Under the pieces are notes generated by a model that searched no databases, was not told the DNA's origin, and saw nothing but the letters and a program-made list of their open reading frames with translations. From NCBI GenBank assembly GCA_030390025.1, contig CM059425.1:177508001-177572000 (forward strand): 64,000 nt of DNA. Reading direction: 5' to 3'. Below, piece by piece: positions 59,747-64,000 of the stretch. The translations under genes and the position numbers were made by a program. Source of the stretch: Squalus acanthias. Its lineage: Eukaryota. Numbering within the stretch: the first letter of the stretch is position 1; every line of letters starts with the position of its first letter.

Positions 59747-61883
59747 TTAGAAACAGAAGATAGCACACAAATCCTGATATAATCTTCGGTATGCATCTGG
59801 ATGATAAAGGAATGTGACTACTGATTCGTAACCAGTGAACATCGTAGAGAATTGAATGCGTTATCCACACTAATTTGGCAATTGACATTGATTTTAGTTT
59901 GTACAGATCGTTCATTTATTTTATTTGTGGTTGCCTCCTAAAATTAAGGACATGTTTTTATTGGTTCTGGTGGGACTGGACTTTGCCAAAGTCCACCAAT
60001 TACTAGTCCATACAAAGCAGGGCACCTAGAAATACATTCTTCCCATTACCACTGGGGATCTGGGGTGGAGAATGTTGCATTGTATGGTGCTATGCAATAA
60101 CTACTTCCAGCACTTAATGGATTTTAATGCTACATATCCATTTTGCAACCAGGATAAGATAACTTTCCACATGTACTTGCAGTGCTAGAGGTTGTAGCCC
60201 TGTTCGATTAAGAAAAGAGTTGCCTCTTAACTTCTGCTTACACTTTTCCAAAACTATGTTTATCATTAACCAATTGTCATCGTCATTGCAGGGCAACCAG
60301 GGACCCATTTAGCCATATACAAGTCCAGAATACAAAGCAACTGGGCAGGATCTCTCCAACTGGTTGAACATTTTCAAAGCTCTAGTGACTATGGAGAATG
60401 ACAACACCCAACAGTTCACAAGAAGCTTTCCACGAGAAGTGAGCACAACAGGATCATTGATCTAAATTCAATGATATGATTCAAAAAATACCAGATATCA
60501 ATTTTTAGTTTGGACAGGCCATCAGTCATTTTATTAGTGGTGCCCTCCTTTTAGGGAAAAGCTTGTCGTAGTTCAGGTCTGGTATCCAACCTTTAAAATA
60601 AAACAGTACTTTATTTATTGTGCATAATCATGAAACTGTACTATAACCATAGAGAAACAATGATACCACCTACTGCTAACAGCAATTTTATGAAGCAAAA
60701 CATAAAACTATATTTTGTGAAGAAAGTACTTTGTAAATTACATTCCGACAGCAAGCAGTTGAGCACAGCCTCTAATATTATTTTAATACGCTATGGATCT
60801 TCCGTGACATTGTTCACATTGAGTTGGGAGATACACGGCTGTTGATTTTTGTCCCCGGTTTTGAGAGGGAATGGGGTGGAAGCTGGCCTAAAATCATGGT
60901 GCATTATTTACCGCCCTGGTCCTGCCATTCAAGAACCCCATTGTTTTGAAGTGAGCTGGAAACAGGCAAGCGACGCTCCTGCTGAAACAGATGGGAGCTT
61001 TTAAATATGCAAATCCGGGCCCCACACCATCTGTAGGACCCCAATGCAATTTTGGTGTCCCACTGGGGCAGTCTGAGCTCTGCCCAGAGTAACTGAGTGT
61101 TGAACGACTGAACAGATGCCGGCTGCTCCGAAAACGGGTAAAGAAACTGAGGCAGTGATATTTGTGGGGTCGGGTTGCACCCTGATCCCAACCAGTTTTC
61201 CAGTCTCAGTCATTAACATTGTTTTGGAGGCCTCCCAGCCTCTGCCGGGGAGTCCAGCCAGAGTGAGGACAGAGTTTTGTCGTGGCAAGCCTCTCAGGCC
61301 TGCTACCGTATAGCAGTGTCAACTCACTCCGAGCTTTTGGCGAAACATTGACATTTTTTAAAATCCTGGCGCTGTGCAATGGATTGTACAGGCTTTCTGA
61401 ATTTCAAATATTAAATGCCCCCCTCCACTGCCATGACAACACTAGATGTCAGCGACAAACAAGCATCCCTGGCATCCAGTGTTGCTATGGGACAAATTAT
61501 GCAAAATATATCAGACACCATATTACTTTCATTTGCATATTATTGAAGTATGCCTACTCAATTATGGGCAGGTGAATTAAAAGTTGCTGGTGGAAAGTAC
61601 ACTGGGTTACCTTTCAGCAGAGCACATTCCTGTCTAATTTTCTACCATCGCTCTGCCCAATTTCACCCAGAAATCAATGGGCGAGGGAAAAATACTAGCC
61701 ATTATTTATAATAAGATTTAGATTTCACACACTTGTTCCACAAAGATATAGGGCCTGAAATTCCAGTAGGGTCGAACAGTGGAAGTGTGGTGGCTCACAC
61801 AGGGAGGGCATAGAGCCCAGACCTACCAGGGCTCCACCTTATATAAAGTCTGGCCCAAATTTCAGTTGGGGAGGAGAGAGCAA

Positions 61884-62730
61884 GGGCTGGATTTTCTCAG
61901 CCCCGAGGAGGCGGTCATGGAGGCAGGACTGCCGGTAAAGTAGCAGAAAGTGGGGGCGGATGGCAAACCCTTCCCCCATCCCACCTCCGTGCCCTTTTGC
62001 CAGGAGGCGGGAAGATGTGCTGCTTCGGATCCCGTCTCCTGGAGGCGGGAAAGGGATTAAATCCTTGTAACTGCCTGTTAACAGGTAGTTAACAGGCAGA
62101 AAAAAGGATTAGTGCCATTTTACCTTCACAGGTGAAGGCTTCCCGACCTCGGAGAACCCCGCCGGGTTGGAGGAGACGTGAAGGAGGTCTGCGGGGGTCG
62201 GAGGCACCTGGAAGTAAGATGTAGAGGTGAGTGATGGGTGCAAGTGTGGAGTGGTAAGTATGGAAGGTGAGTGTCGAAGTGTTAAAAAATGTTCACTTAC
62301 CTTGTTTTCTTCCTACAGTCTTCATCCACCCTGGATCGGAGACCCGACATCCTCCTTGTCGATTTCACAGACTGGCTGTTGGATCCTCCGACCCAACAGC
62401 CATCTGAAATTGACAAAGTTGAATTGTTTGATGAGTCCTGAACACAAGGGCTCATCAAACTACAGAGAATGTCAGTGTTTGACAGCTTCACAGAGCTGTC
62501 AAACACTGACGTTTCTTCTTTCAAGAAGTCTTGACAGATAGCACGTCTGACGTTGACGTGCTCTGTCAGTGACTTCCTCCCTAATTGGCCTGCTGAGCCC
62601 GCAGGGCGGGCTTAACAAGGTCAATCAGGGGAAAATCCCTCTGGTTGGTCAGACGATGATGGAGGCGGGACATTGACACGACAAGCAGCAGTCCCGCCTC
62701 CAACTCGTCTCCATTGAGAAAATCCAGCCC
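61884..62730. mobile_element. Non-autonomous Harbinger MITE
   Basis: Perfect 16-bp TIR GGGCTGGATTTTCTCA / TGAGAAAATCCAGCCC with perfect 3-bp CAA duplication. Confidence 0.9.
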
Positions 62731-62789
62731 CAAGTCTCCTGCTTGTGCCCCCGCTTCCGATGACTGTTTTGGGGGCATGTCTAGGAATG

Positions 62790-64000
62790 TTCCCACGCTA
62801 TTCACAAGCTGAATATAGAAAGTACAGAGGAGATCTGAAAAAGTGAATAAGAGAGGCAAAGAGAGAGTATGAGAATAGATTAGTGGCTAACATAAAAGTG
62901 AACCCAAAAGTATTTTATAAACATATGCATAGTACAGGAAACTTTCGTTTATCCGGCACCCAAATATCCGGAATTCTCGCTTAACCGGCAAAAATCAGGT
63001 AAGTTTTATTATACAGACAAGACCTCGATTCTGACCTTTCGCCCCCACGAAAGGGGGGTCAACGTTCTTCCGACTCGGACCTGTCGCCGCCACGGAGGAA
63101 AAAGCCGGAGTCTCGTTTACCTTCCCTCTCCGGGTCCCAATTGTTAAGCCTATGGCCGTGTACGGGGCTCTCGTACCTTTAAAAGGGTAGTCAAAGGAAG
63201 GGACCAAAAGGAAATCGTCTTGTGGAGGCAGAGGCCACGGCTGAGGTACTAACTTAATACTTTGCATCTGTCTTCACTAGAGAAGAGGATGTTGCTAATG
63301 TAGCAGTAAAGGAAGAGGCAAAAGCGATATAGGATAAAAATAGATAAAGTAGAGGTACTTAAAAGGTTGGCAGTCCGAAAAGTAGAAAAGTCGCTCGGTC
63401 CAGATGGGCTGCATCCTAGGTTACTGAGGGAAGTAAGGGTGGAAATTACGGAGGCTCTGGCCACATCTTTCAATCCTCCTTGGATATGGGGGTGATGCCA
63501 GAGGACTAGAGCATTGCAAATGTCACACCCTTGTTTAAAAAAGGGAAGAGGGATAAACCCGGCAACTACAGGCCAGTCAGCCTAACGCCAGTGGTGGGGA
63601 AACTTTTAGAGAAACTAATCTGGGACAAAATGAATTGGCATTTGGAAAAGTATGAGCTAATAAATGAAAATCAGCATGGATCTGTGAAAGGCAAATCGTG
63701 TTTGACTAACTTGATCGAGTTCTTTGATGAAGTAACAGAGAGGGTTGATATTGTGTATATGGACTCTCAAAAGGCGTTTGACAAAGACTTGTTAGCAAAA
63801 TTAAAGCCCATGGGATTAAAAGGACAGTGGCAGCATGGATACAAAATTGGCTAAGTGACAGAAAGCAGAGAGTAGTGGTGAGCGCTTGTTTTTCAGACTG
63901 GAGGGAGGTATATAGTGCTGTCACCCAGGGGTCGGTATTAGGACCGCTGCTCTTTTTGATAAATATTTTAATGAACTGAACTTGGGTATACAGGGCATAA
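62790..64000 (+). mobile_element. Decayed CR1 LINE running off the window
   Basis: FKKGKRDKPGNYRPVSLT, SCLTNLIEFF and QKAFDK; contains an insert at ~62935-63179. Confidence 0.88.
62935..63179 (+). mobile_element. Possible truncated Tc1/mariner-pogo (Tigger-like) insert at a TA
   Basis: TA|CAGGAAACTTTCGTTTATCCGGCA...; CR1 resumes at TAAAAGGGTAG; no matching right TIR. Confidence 0.35.

Noticed and set aside
60313..60438. AG...GT-bounded short open frame (PYTSPEYK...FPRE)
   Set aside because: No recognisable homology or neighbouring exons.

Overview
Repeat-rich vertebrate genomic DNA, very probably from a cartilaginous fish (shark). The HE1/V-SINE-type and Deu-domain SINEs, abundant CR1 LINEs, Penelope-like elements and two-gene PIF/Harbinger transposons point that way. 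The only host gene I can support is TMED7 (minus strand, three coding exons, 211 aa). Its first intron opens with a ~3.9 kb almost G-free pyrimidine tract (G-rich on the sense strand). The most notable object is a young 9.16 kb LTR element at 28554-37715 (minus strand). It has 1617-bp LTRs (~99% identical, TG...CA, 4-bp GGGG target duplication), a tRNA-Arg(UCG)-type primer binding site overlapping the gag ATG, and a 599-aa Gag (coiled coil, overlapping PSAP/PPxY late domains, CCHC knuckle). There is no recognisable pol. In its place, an in-frame UGA-C leads into an ORF whose N-terminus is a paralogue of the Gag coiled coil. Downstream is a ~783-codon env with an Ig-like domain, a furin site, a fusion peptide/heptad repeat and an F-protein-like Cys-rich stalk with TM, broken by one in-frame TAA. 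This looks like a non-autonomous endogenous retrovirus, possibly lokiretrovirus-like. All assignments were made by eye, without database searches.
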